A DNA stretch of 64,000 nt from Planctomycetota bacterium (GTDB lineage: Bacteria; Planctomycetota; UBA8108; SXIK01). The stretch is from positions 1,088,001 to 1,152,000 of the forward strand of contig CBDCXR010000004.1 in assembly GCA_965223845.1 (NCBI GenBank), read 5' to 3'. Of the stretch, positions 27,059-36,353 are shown piece after piece; within the stretch, counting starts at the first letter, position 1; every line of letters starts with the position of its first letter. A program made the translations under genes and the position numbers. A model generated the notes under the pieces. That model ran no database searches, was not told the DNA's origin, and worked only from the letters and a program-made list of their open reading frames with translations.

Positions 27059-30000
27059 TGCGTACGGCGCGCTTTCGCGCGAACGATTCCTTTCGCCGCT
27101 CGTGTCCCACGCCACCGCGTCTCGCTGCGGGCGGCTTCGTCGGCCTCGCGGTGTCCGCTTGCCTCCTCGCGGGCTCGGTCTTTGCGCAGGAGGACGCTCG
27201 CGCGGTCGATTCACGAAGTCGAGCGCTCGCGCAGGACCAGAAGAGCGTGCGGAGTCTCATCACCGATCTCCGGGCTCGCATGTCCACCCTAGCCGAGAGA
27301 GCAAAGCTAGGCGAGGCGAGTGGCGCGGCCGACGCGAACCGACTCGCGAGTGCGAGCGAGCTCCTCAGGAAGGAAGGAGTCGAGGATCTACTCCTCGAGG
27401 CGGAGACTCTCCTCCAGAATCGAGATCTGCTGCCCGCAGTGCTCCAGCAGGAGGACGCGCTCGAAAAACTGAATCGCGTCATCGAGTTTCTCGAGGCACG
27501 AGCGGTGGACGACCGCGATCTCGATCGGAAGCTCGAGGCGGTGCGCCAGACGCGTGAACGCGCGGCGCAACTCGCACGCCAGCAGTCGAAGCTGCTCGAA
27601 AAGACCCGCGAGCAGCTCGGTGATAGCTCGGCGAAGCAGCTTCTCGAGCAGCTCAAAGCGGGGCTCGAGCGGCTCTTCCGCCGGCAGCAGGAGCTCTCGT
27701 CCGGGAAGAGCTCGAGTGAGATCGATCCGGACGGCCAGCAAAACAGCCTCCAGTCGCTCAACCGGGCGCGCGACGCCGCGGCGAAGCTCGCCGAGGCGCA
27801 GAAGCGCTGGAATGAGCAGCTCCGCGAGCTTCCCCCCGAACCGAAAGAGCTCGGCGAAGCACGTACGCTTCTCGGGAAGCTGGACGCGGCGATCGAGAAG
27901 GCGGAAACGCTGCGCGAGCGCGCGCTCGGCGAGACCGCGCGGGAACGCACCGGGCAACCGTCGAGCCGAGATTCGAAGCCGCGCGCCGGCGAGGGAAACA
28001 CGAGCTCTACGCCGCGAACGGATGACGATGCCGCGTCTCGTGAAGAGGCCGCGAACGAGGGCCGAAAGACCGATGCGTCGTCGACGTCGTCCACCGAGAA
28101 CAGTGGCGCCGCGGACTCGTCCTCCGAAGCGAACGATCCCAGCGAGCGCGCGACGACGGATTCTGCGAGCGCGAACGACGAATCGGCGTCGGATGCTAAA
28201 TCGTCGGCGGAGTCGAACGAGGACGCAGCGAACGACGCCCGGAAAGATGCGGCTGACGGTGGGGGCGAGCGGTCGAACGCGAGCGAGCAAGACGAGAGCG
28301 GAGAGTCGGGCGGCATCGGCAAGCCCGAGGCGAATCCGCGCGAAGCTGCGCGCGCAGACGCGACGTCGAGCGAATCCGGCCAGGAGTCCGAAGCTGCCGC
28401 ATCGACCGATGATGAACGGGTCGACGACGCGGACGAAGCGTCGGCGGACGAGACGTCGAGCTCCACCCAGGCCGCGAGTGGAAAGTCCGCGACGGGAGCC
28501 TTCGAAAAGCGAGACGCTGAGGCGGGGAAGCCTGAAGCCGGAAACTCTGACGACGCGAGTCGTGACGGCGATTCGAGTGGTCGGTCTGAGGCGGCACAGA
28601 GCTCGCGCTCACCGTCCGGAGAGAACCGCGCGAATTCCTCGCCGCGGGGAGAATCGCGAACGGGGAAGCCGAGCGCCGAGCGGAGGGCTCCGGCGAGCGT
28701 CGAGGACGCCGCCCGCGAATTCGCCGAGGCGCTCGAGGACGTCGATGCGGAGGCGAAGGCTCAGGCTGAAGTGCTGACGCCCGAGGCGAAACGCCATCTG
28801 AACACCGCGAAGAGCGCGGGCCGCTCGTCCGAACGAGCCGCCGCGAGCGGAAACCGTCCACAGGTCGCTGACGACGCGAACCGGGCGCGCGAGGCACTCG
28901 AGTCGGCGCGGAGGGAGGTGGCGCAGCGCGTTGCGCAGCTCGAAGAGCGATCGGCGCTCGAGTCGGCCGGACTGACCCAGGAAGAGGGGATCCTCAGCCA
29001 GGAGGCCCAGCGGGCCGCGACCACCGCACAGCAGAGCGCGAACGAGGCCGGAAGTCGGAGCGCGCGCTCGGCCCTCGAGGAGGCCTCCTCGAGTCTCTCG
29101 AAAGCGGCGCAGCAGATGGAAGAGGCGGCGGAGGCCCTCGCGCGCGGCGATCGATCCCAGGCCGCGGAGGCCGGCGCGCGCGCGCAGGAAGAGCTCGAAC
29201 GGAACGCGCAGAATCTAGCGGGCGCGAGCGAGCGCGAAGCGGGACGCAGCGCGGCCGAGCGAGATCAAGAGTTTCAGCAGCAGCTAGCGGAAGACGCCGA
29301 GGAACTTCGCCGGAAGACGAAGGAAGGTCTCGAGCGGAAACTCCGGCGGAAGGAAGATCCCGGTCGCCTCGCGGACGCCGAGTCGAGTCTCGGCGCCGCG
29401 AAAGACGCGATGGAGAGCGCCGCCGACGCTCAGCGGCGCGGGGACGAGGGGCTCGCGAAAAAGAAGCAGGAGGAGGCGGTCGAGCATCTCGATCGCGCGC
29501 GCGAAGCCGTCGAGGACGCGGAGCGCGACGAGCTGCAGCGACTCGAGCGCCGCCGTCCGCGCGACGACGCGGACGCGCAGCAGGCGCTGGCGCGCGAGGC
29601 GCGGCAAGCGGCTTCGGCCGCGCGATCGAATCCCTCGGGCGGGGAGTCGAGCCCGTCGGGTGAGCAGAGTGAGCAGCTCGATCAAGCGGCCGAGCGAATG
29701 GAGGAGGCGAGCGAGCATCTGGACGAGGACGACGCCGAGAGCGCCGTCGAGGATCAGGAGAAGGCGCTCGAGAACCTAGAGGAAGTCGCCGAGGAGCTCC
29801 AGCGCGAGGAAGAGCGACTCGAGAGGCTTCGGCGCGAGCAGGAGATGGTGAACCTCATCGATTCTCTGCGGGAGTTGAAGACCGGCGAGGAGGAGATTCT
29901 CGCCGAGACGGTTCGCGTGGAAGAGAAGCAAAAAAAAGCCGGCCGGCGGCGTTCGGCCAGGCGCGAGATCCGTTCTCTGCTCGCAGATCTCGTAACGAAG

Positions 30001-30684
30001 CAGACGGAGCTCGCGACGAGCGCGAATTCCCTCCGCGAACGGCTCAAGCGCGAGAACGCGCACGTCTTCTCCTTCGTGCTCGAAAGCGTCGAGGCGGACA
30101 TGAAGCTCGTCGCGACCAATCTCGAGGAGCGCGACGCGGGTCAGTACACGCAGTTTCTCGAGCGAGAGATCGTCCGCGAGGTCGAGCGACTCATCGCGGC
30201 GCTCGAGCGCGAACTCGAGCGCGCGCGCGAGCAACAGGAGCAGCAGCCACAGAACAACTCGCAGCAACAGCAACAGTCGAGCGCATCGCAGGAGTCGCTC
30301 GTTTCGATGGTGGGTGAGCTCTTGATGCTGCAGGACCTCCAATCCGAGGTGAATCGAAAGACGCGAGATCTCGAAGACTTGCGGGAGGCCTCCGACGACG
30401 GTCCGACCGACGCTTGGCAGCGTGCTCTCCAGCGGCTCGCTCAGAAGCAAGGAAGCGTATCGCTGATGCTCGATGCGGTGGAGCGAGAGTTCGAGGAAGC
30501 GGCGGGGGAGGAGGAGGCAGACTCCGACGGGGCCGCTGGCGACGGGGACGACGCGGGCGAACCGTCCGAGAATGGTGAGGCCGACGCGCTCGAACCGGTG
30601 GGAGGGTTCCGAAAACCGCCGGAACGCGGCGCCGGTCGGGGCCGCACGCGGAACTCGTTTTCGCGCGTGAACACGATACGTTAG
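27055..30684 (+). CDS. Exported long coiled-coil protein with an acidic low-complexity insert
   Basis: ATGA overlap with the previous gene; signal peptide ending VFA-Q; E/Q/A/R-rich heptad-like helices with repeated A..M..A...L...D...A...Q..A.E.L units. Confidence 0.8.
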   Translation: MMRTARFRANDSFRRSCPTPPRLAAGGFVGLAVSACLLAGSVFAQEDARAVDSRSRALAQDQKSVRSLITDLRARMSTLAERAKLGEASGAADANRLASASELLRKEGVEDLLLEAETLLQNRDLLPAVLQQEDALEKLNRVIEFLEARAVDDRDLDRKLEAVRQTRERAAQLARQQSKLLEKTREQLGDSSAKQLLEQLKAGLERLFRRQQELSSGKSSSEIDPDGQQNSLQSLNRARDAAAKLAEAQKRWNEQLRELPPEPKELGEARTLLGKLDAAIEKAETLRERALGETARERTGQPSSRDSKPRAGEGNTSSTPRTDDDAASREEAANEGRKTDASSTSSTENSGAADSSSEANDPSERATTDSASANDESASDAKSSAESNEDAANDARKDAADGGGERSNASEQDESGESGGIGKPEANPREAARADATSSESGQESEAAASTDDERVDDADEASADETSSSTQAASGKSATGAFEKRDAEAGKPEAGNSDDASRDGDSSGRSEAAQSSRSPSGENRANSSPRGESRTGKPSAERRAPASVEDAAREFAEALEDVDAEAKAQAEVLTPEAKRHLNTAKSAGRSSERAAASGNRPQVADDANRAREALESARREVAQRVAQLEERSALESAGLTQEEGILSQEAQRAATTAQQSANEAGSRSARSALEEASSSLSKAAQQMEEAAEALARGDRSQAAEAGARAQEELERNAQNLAGASEREAGRSAAERDQEFQQQLAEDAEELRRKTKEGLERKLRRKEDPGRLADAESSLGAAKDAMESAADAQRRGDEGLAKKKQEEAVEHLDRAREAVEDAERDELQRLERRRPRDDADAQQALAREARQAASAARSNPSGGESSPSGEQSEQLDQAAERMEEASEHLDEDDAESAVEDQEKALENLEEVAEELQREEERLERLRREQEMVNLIDSLRELKTGEEEILAETVRVEEKQKKAGRRRSARREIRSLLADLVTKQTELATSANSLRERLKRENAHVFSFVLESVEADMKLVATNLEERDAGQYTQFLEREIVREVERLIAALERELERAREQQEQQPQNNSQQQQQSSASQESLVSMVGELLMLQDLQSEVNRKTRDLEDLREASDDGPTDAWQRALQRLAQKQGSVSLMLDAVEREFEEAAGEEEADSDGAAGDGDDAGEPSENGEADALEPVGGFRKPPERGAGRGRTRNSFSRVNTIR

Positions 30685-30805
30685 ACTTCATCTGAACGAC
30701 GGGGCTCGCGCATCGCCGCGTCGGCGGCGAGTTCCCGGGTTTCCGTCGGACAGATCGAGTTGGGCGGCGTCGCGGTAAGTCCGGGCAGAACTACTGGCTG
30801 GGAGA

Positions 30806-31978
30806 ATGGACGAAGATTCCGAGCGACCGAAGCCTCCGGATCCCCGCGGTGCAGCGGGAACCGGTAGGAACCACGTGCGGCGAGCCGGGGCGGTGGTCGC
30901 ACTGGCGTGCTGTTCGCTCGTCGTCCCCTGCGCACGCCCGCACCTCTACGCGCAGGCGACGGAGTCCTCGTCGACCGAAAGCGGCGTGCGCTCGGAGGTG
31001 ACCACCGAGCGCCGCTCCTCGGGTCGCGAGCGCGCGGAGCTGCAGTCGGCGCTCGATCGAGGAATCGCGTTCCTCATGTCTCGGCAGCAGACCGGTGCGG
31101 TCGGCGGGCAGTACAAGGTGGCGGTGACGAGTTTGAGCGGACTCGCGGTCCTCGGTGCGGGCTACCTGCCGCGACAGGAACCGTACGGAGAGTTCCTGCG
31201 CGCTTCGGTTGCCTACCTCGAGAGCGCGGCGCAGCCGTCGGGGTACATCACCGAAGCGGCGTCGGGCCGAGTGAACAGCCGCATGCACGGGCACTGCTAC
31301 GCGATCCTCTTTCTGACGCAGCTTCTCGGCAACCTCGACGCGGACGACGAGCGTCGCGTCCGCGGGTTGATCCGCCGGGGGATACGAGTGATCGAGGACG
31401 CGCAGAGCAGCCAGGGGGGCTGGTACTACGACGAAGTGAACCGGGAAGACCAGGACGAAGCCTCCGTCACGGTGTGCGCGCTCCAGGCGCTGCGGGCCGC
31501 GCGCGAGGTCGGTTTCGTCGTCGAGGGATTCAAGATCAAACAGGCGCTTGCGTATGTCCGACGCTGCCAGCGTCCCGACGGCGCTGTTGCGTACTCGCTC
31601 GCGGAGCCGGGCCGCACGTCTTACGCGCTCACCGTCGCTGCGCTCTCCACGCTAAACGCGGCTGGAGTCTACGAGTCGCCGGAGCTCCGCCGAGCGCTCG
31701 ACTACTCACGACGTGAGCTCTCGCGCACGCCGCGCGCACCGTGGCAGGCCGGCGGAGAAGAGTATCCGTACTACGCGAACTACTACGCCGCGCAGGCTTT
31801 CTACCAGGACGGCGGCGCGACGTGGGACGATTGGTGGCCGCTCGTGCGGCGCTCTCTTCTCGGACGGCAGCAGCCGAACGGGTCGTGGGAAGGCAGCTTG
31901 GGACCGGAGTACTCGACGGCGTTCTCGCTGCTGATTCTCGAGGTCGCGCTCGGCCATCTGCCCGTGTTCGAGCGATGA
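30806..31978 (+). CDS. Exported prenyltransferase/squalene-oxidase-repeat protein (second paralog in the operon)
   Basis: LDRGIAFLMSRQ, SRMHGHCYAILFLTQ, AQSSQGGWYY...DEASVTVCALQALRAAREVG, YYANYYAAQAFYQ, QQPNGSW. Confidence 0.88.
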   Translation: MDEDSERPKPPDPRGAAGTGRNHVRRAGAVVALACCSLVVPCARPHLYAQATESSSTESGVRSEVTTERRSSGRERAELQSALDRGIAFLMSRQQTGAVGGQYKVAVTSLSGLAVLGAGYLPRQEPYGEFLRASVAYLESAAQPSGYITEAASGRVNSRMHGHCYAILFLTQLLGNLDADDERRVRGLIRRGIRVIEDAQSSQGGWYYDEVNREDQDEASVTVCALQALRAAREVGFVVEGFKIKQALAYVRRCQRPDGAVAYSLAEPGRTSYALTVAALSTLNAAGVYESPELRRALDYSRRELSRTPRAPWQAGGEEYPYYANYYAAQAFYQDGGATWDDWWPLVRRSLLGRQQPNGSWEGSLGPEYSTAFSLLILEVALGHLPVFER

Positions 31979-33345
31979 GTTTCATTCTCTCCAGCTTCGT
32001 TGGGGTGGCTTCCTTCGCGGGGTACGATCTCCGCTGGCTCGCGATCGCCGTCGCTTTGCTCGCGGTCGCGGTCTACACGTCGCTGTGCCGGCGGGTCCTC
32101 GACGTGTTCTCGCGTCGGCGCCTCTACGAGCTCGCACCGAAGGAGCGGCACGACGAGCTGAAGCGGTACCTCGATTCCGAAGACGACTATCTTTCGAGCC
32201 TGCGCTCGCTCGATCTCCTCCTTCGCCTAGCGCTCGTGCTCACGTTCGCGTTCGGGCGATTCTCGGCTTCGCGGGCTGACTGGATTCCGGCGTCTCCGGA
32301 CGACGTGGTGCCGTTTTGGGGATCTCTCGGCGGGGGACTACGCCTCGCCGTCGAGATCCTGCTCGTGTTCATCGTGTTTCTCGAGATCGTTCCCTGGGTT
32401 CTCGCTCGCGTCCGGACGGAAGTCGCGCTCCTTCGCATGCTCCGGAGCGTGGACGCCGTGCACCGGATCCTCCAGCCGTTTCGGAGGGTGTTCGGCGCCG
32501 TGGTGACGGGAGCGGTGAGGCTCGTCGGCGGGACGATCGAGCAGCCGAGTGTGGACGCACTCGAGGAGGAGATCAGCACCGTCGCCGAGGAGGGCGAGCG
32601 CGAGGGTCTACTCGCGTCACGCGATATCGACATGCTGCGGTCCATCGTCACGTTCGGTGGGAAGCGCGTCGCGGAGGTTCTCACGCCGCGGACCGAGATG
32701 ACGAGCCTCGACGTCGAGGCCGACTTCGGCGAGAGTCTCGCGATCGCGATCGACTGCGGCCACTCGCGCATCCCGGTCTTCGAGGGGAGTAAGGATCAGA
32801 TCATCGGGATCCTCTACGTGAAGGATCTTCTTCGCACCGAGGGGCCGATCGAAGAGACCGATCTTCGCCGCGTGGTTCGCGAGCCGCATTTCGTGAGCGT
32901 CGACAAGAAGATCGGCGAGCTCCTCCAGGAGTTTAAATCGCAGCGATTTCACATCGCGATGGTGCGCGATGAGCACGGCGGTATCGCCGGCCTCGTGACG
33001 ATCGAGGACATTATCGAAGAGATCGTCGGCGAGATCACCGATGAGTTCGATCCAGACGCGCAGAGCTTTGTCCGTCGTCTCGGGCCGGGCGTCGTCGAGA
33101 TCGACGCACGCGTGCCGGTAGACGAGCTGAACAGCGAGCTCGGGACGCAGATCCCGGAGGACGACGCGTACGAGACCGTGGGCGGGTTCCTGTACACTCA
33201 GTGGGGACGCATTCCTCGAATCGGCGAAGAATCGGAGTTCGATGGTCTCCGATTTCGAGTCGTCAGCGCGGACGATCGGCGCATTCGGCGGCTCGTTCTC
33301 CACTATGCCGAGGGTCGAGCCGCCGCACCGAGCGCGGTGAAGTAG
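31975..33345 (+). CDS. HlyC/CorC family (CNNM + CBS pair + CorC_HlyC) magnesium/cobalt transport protein
   Basis: ATG 31975 overlaps the previous stop; N-terminal TMs; VLTPRTEM, GHSRIPVF, GILYVKDLL, DEHGGIAGLVTIEDIIEEIVGEITDEFD, YETVGGFL. Confidence 0.9.
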   Translation: MSFILSSFVGVASFAGYDLRWLAIAVALLAVAVYTSLCRRVLDVFSRRRLYELAPKERHDELKRYLDSEDDYLSSLRSLDLLLRLALVLTFAFGRFSASRADWIPASPDDVVPFWGSLGGGLRLAVEILLVFIVFLEIVPWVLARVRTEVALLRMLRSVDAVHRILQPFRRVFGAVVTGAVRLVGGTIEQPSVDALEEEISTVAEEGEREGLLASRDIDMLRSIVTFGGKRVAEVLTPRTEMTSLDVEADFGESLAIAIDCGHSRIPVFEGSKDQIIGILYVKDLLRTEGPIEETDLRRVVREPHFVSVDKKIGELLQEFKSQRFHIAMVRDEHGGIAGLVTIEDIIEEIVGEITDEFDPDAQSFVRRLGPGVVEIDARVPVDELNSELGTQIPEDDAYETVGGFLYTQWGRIPRIGEESEFDGLRFRVVSADDRRIRRLVLHYAEGRAAAPSAVK

Positions 33346-33409
33346 CGGTCGCCCAGTCGGCGCGAGTCCGAAACGCCGCGAGAGGAGACGCCGCACGGAC
33401 CGGTGAGCG

Positions 33410-34180
33410 ATGAAGAAAGAGACGATCGGCATCCCGATTCGGGTGACGGACTACAGCAACTCGAGTCAGGTCGTCTCTCTGTTCACGCCGGACCGGGGGC
33501 TGGTCGACGGGCTCGCGAAGGGGGCGCATCGCCTCAAGAATCCGTTTCAGGGTCCGTTCGATCTCGCGACGCTCTACGAGTTTCGGTACCTCGAACGAGC
33601 GAACGGACTCGCGATCCTCACCGACGCGACCGTCGTCGATGGGTTTCGCGCGCTCCGAAGGGCGAGTTGGCGCTACGTCGCGACGTGCCACGTGATCGAG
33701 CTTCTCCGAGTTACGGGCACCCACGCAGACGAAGCATTCTCACTCTTCGATCTCGTCGTCGCGACGCTCGAGCGGCTCGAGTCGACGAGCTCCGACGCGG
33801 TCGAAGTGGAGCTCGTACGATTCGATCTCCGCGCGCTGCGAACGCTCGGACTTCTTCCGCCCGTCGACGCCTGCGTCCTCTGCGGCCGCGCGTGGCCGGA
33901 GAGCGCACGGCGTGTGTTCTTCAGCGTCGAGAACGGTGGGCTCGTCTGCCGCTCGTGCCGCGCGCGGCAAGCAGGGATTCGCGGTCGCGACCTCCCCGGT
34001 GGCGCGGTGCGCGTGCTTCGCGATCTGTCGCAATCCGAGCTCGCACCGAAGATCGTAGAGATCCTGCGCGAGCCGTGGCGAGTCCATCGCGAGAGCGTGA
34101 CGCACACCGTGCGCTCGGTGCGCACGCGACTCCTCGAGCGCGAGCTGACCGCTCTCGCGTCCGCGCGCCGGCTGCGCTGA
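33410..34180 (+). CDS. recO: DNA repair protein RecO
   Basis: DYSNSSQVVSLFTPDRGLVDGLAKGA; zinc-finger CVLC...GGLVCRSC. Confidence 0.9.
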   Translation: MKKETIGIPIRVTDYSNSSQVVSLFTPDRGLVDGLAKGAHRLKNPFQGPFDLATLYEFRYLERANGLAILTDATVVDGFRALRRASWRYVATCHVIELLRVTGTHADEAFSLFDLVVATLERLESTSSDAVEVELVRFDLRALRTLGLLPPVDACVLCGRAWPESARRVFFSVENGGLVCRSCRARQAGIRGRDLPGGAVRVLRDLSQSELAPKIVEILREPWRVHRESVTHTVRSVRTRLLERELTALASARRLR

Positions 34181-34199
34181 CGGTCCGCGAGAGGCGGAG

Positions 34200-35165
34200 C
34201 TAACGGACGTGCTCGACCGCCCAGTCGGTGACCGCGCGAACGCGAGCCGCGGCCCGATCGCGGCCGAGGGCACGATACGCGGCCGAAAGGATCGACGCGG
34301 TGCGGCGGATGAACTGCCTCCCGCGGTCCCAATCGTCGTACCAGTACAAGTGGCGGAAATTGCGCGCCAAGACGAGCGCGGTTCCGGGTTCACCGTCTTC
34401 GAGGCGGCGCTCGGCTTCGTCGAGTCGGCTCGGATCCGGCGCGGAATCCGGCCAATCGAGATCCGCGAGATAGTCCGCATCGACGCCCGCCGCGGGAAGG
34501 ACGATTCCGAGACCGTCCTCGGTCGGCACCGTCCCCGCGCGGCACCTCTTCGCCCGATCGAGAGCTTCCTGCCGCCCGGCCGGGATCGCGACGCCCAGCC
34601 GGCGCTCGACGAGATTCGCGAGACGGTCGAGCTCGGGGGGCGGCGATTCACCCTCGGCGGCGTAGACCTCCCTTTCGGTGACGACCAAGTACCCGACGAA
34701 CTCGGCGAAGGTCGCACCGACGATCGTGATCTCCGAACGAGGGTACACCTCGACGATGGGATACTCTCCGCGAGTGGCGGTCTCGTCGTCGACCAGGAAT
34801 CCGAAATGTCCGCCGTCCGTTCCGCTCCGCCCGAAGACGACGAGCTCCGCCGGCGTTCCGACGTACCGGCCGTCGTCGCCCGGCCAGCGCGCGTCCTCAT
34901 CGTCTCCCGGCTCATCCCAAATGAAGCCGAGCGGCTCGAACGCGAGAGCGGGGTCGCCCGGCGAGAGCTCCCGCGCGAGAGTCACGAATTCGAAGTACGC
35001 GATCGGGACCCGGAGACCGTGGTGACGCGAGAGCGCTGCGTACGCCGGCCGGTTCGCCTCCGAAAGGTCGGCCTCCGTCCGCGGCGGTGGCCCGGCCCCA
35101 TCGCACGCGGCGACGATCGCGGAGGCGGCGAGGAGAGCGAACGGAAGGGTCCCCCGATGATCCAT
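34200..35165 (-). CDS. Putative lipoprotein resembling HPF1/DUF2228 (or a SUKH-like immunity fold)
   Basis: Start placed at ATG 35165 with lipobox IVAA-C. Motifs RYVGTPAELVVFGRSGTDGGHFGFLVDD, TEDGLGIVLP, EDGEPGTALVLARNF, ILSAAYRALGRD. The family call is from recalled sequences only. Confidence 0.65.
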   Translation of the reverse strand: MDHRGTLPFALLAASAIVAACDGAGPPPRTEADLSEANRPAYAALSRHHGLRVPIAYFEFVTLARELSPGDPALAFEPLGFIWDEPGDDEDARWPGDDGRYVGTPAELVVFGRSGTDGGHFGFLVDDETATRGEYPIVEVYPRSEITIVGATFAEFVGYLVVTEREVYAAEGESPPPELDRLANLVERRLGVAIPAGRQEALDRAKRCRAGTVPTEDGLGIVLPAAGVDADYLADLDWPDSAPDPSRLDEAERRLEDGEPGTALVLARNFRHLYWYDDWDRGRQFIRRTASILSAAYRALGRDRAAARVRAVTDWAVEHVR

Positions 35166-35291
35166 GGCGCAAGCGTATCTCGCGTACGCGAGCACGTCGA
35201 GGCGCGCGCCGGTCGAGTGGTGGAATCGGCGGTGAGGAGGAGGGTAGAATCCCGGGTTTACTGGTTCCACGGAAGTCGAGGAGAGCTCCGC

Positions 35292-36353
35292 ATGCGCATC
35301 CCCCCGTGCCGCGTGCCGCGACCGAACGGGATTCGGCGCGAGTTTCGGTCGCGCTGGCTCGCCGGGGCGGTCGCCGCCCTATTGACCGCCTGCGCCTCGC
35401 CGACGGTCGAGCGGAGCGACGACGATCCGCGGACCTACGTGCTCCCGGGGCGCGGAGACTACGAGTGGACCGCCGACCGTGGCTGGGTGAAGCCGGAGTC
35501 GGGAGACTGGGGATCCGTCGACGACATCCGCCGGAGCGCGAACGCGGCGTTCGCGGCGAACGAGTTCGCCGACGCCCTCCATGGCTTCTCGGTGCTCAAG
35601 GAGCGCGTCCCGACCGACGAGCACACTGAGCTCCACTTTCAAATCGCCGAGTGCTACTACCACCTCGGACTCTACGACGCGGCCGTCGAGTACTACCGGC
35701 GCGTCTACCGCGAAGGTAAGCCCGAGGAGTCCGTCGCCGATCAGGTGCGGCAGCGCATCTACGAGATCGCCCTCGATTTCCTGCACGGCCGAGCGGCGTG
35801 TACGGCGATCGGGATTCCCTACGAGTGCCCCCGGCACGGCGTCGACCTCCTCGTGGGCGAGGACGGGCTCATCACCGAGTATCCCTATCTCAGCTTCGCC
35901 GACGATGCGCTCATGGAAATCGCCGGGCACTACTTCGAGGAGCGGCAGTATCCGGAGGCGGTTCCGTTCTACGAGCGTGTCGTCCGCGACTACGCCACCG
36001 GTGAGTGGGCGGGGACGGCGCAGTTCCAGCTCGCTCTCGCTTGGTTCCGGCAGATTCGCGGGACGGACTACGACGAGAAGATCATCCAGCAAGCGGACAG
36101 CGAGCTCCGCGACTATCTGCGCCTCGATCCTCGCGGTCCGCACGCCAAGGAGGCGCGGGAAAAGCTGCTCGAGATCTCGGAGATGCTCGCGGCGAAGTAC
36201 CTCAAGGTAGCAAAGTTCTATCTGCGAGAGAGCGAGCCGCGATCGGCGCTCATTTATTTGAGCCTCGTCCTCGATCGGTACACGAACTCGCGTGCCGCGA
36301 GGGAAGCGCGAGAAATCCAGAAGGAGCTCGACCGCTTGGAGGTCGGCGGGTGA
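35292..36353 (+). CDS. bamD: Outer-membrane assembly lipoprotein BamD-like (TPR)
   Basis: Lipobox LTA-C; TPRs; DYDEKIIQQA...LAAKYLKVAKFYLR...SALIYL..VLDRYTNS..AREA, a typical BamD C-terminus; adjacent to lptE. Confidence 0.75.
   Translation: MRIPPCRVPRPNGIRREFRSRWLAGAVAALLTACASPTVERSDDDPRTYVLPGRGDYEWTADRGWVKPESGDWGSVDDIRRSANAAFAANEFADALHGFSVLKERVPTDEHTELHFQIAECYYHLGLYDAAVEYYRRVYREGKPEESVADQVRQRIYEIALDFLHGRAACTAIGIPYECPRHGVDLLVGEDGLITEYPYLSFADDALMEIAGHYFEERQYPEAVPFYERVVRDYATGEWAGTAQFQLALAWFRQIRGTDYDEKIIQQADSELRDYLRLDPRGPHAKEAREKLLEISEMLAAKYLKVAKFYLRESEPRSALIYLSLVLDRYTNSRAAREAREIQKELDRLEVGG

Noticed and set aside
34209-35291. N-terminal half of the 714-aa ORF, suggesting a fusion to BamD
   Set aside because: It is the antisense of the 34200-35165 gene; BamD has its own signal peptide and lipobox starting at 35292.
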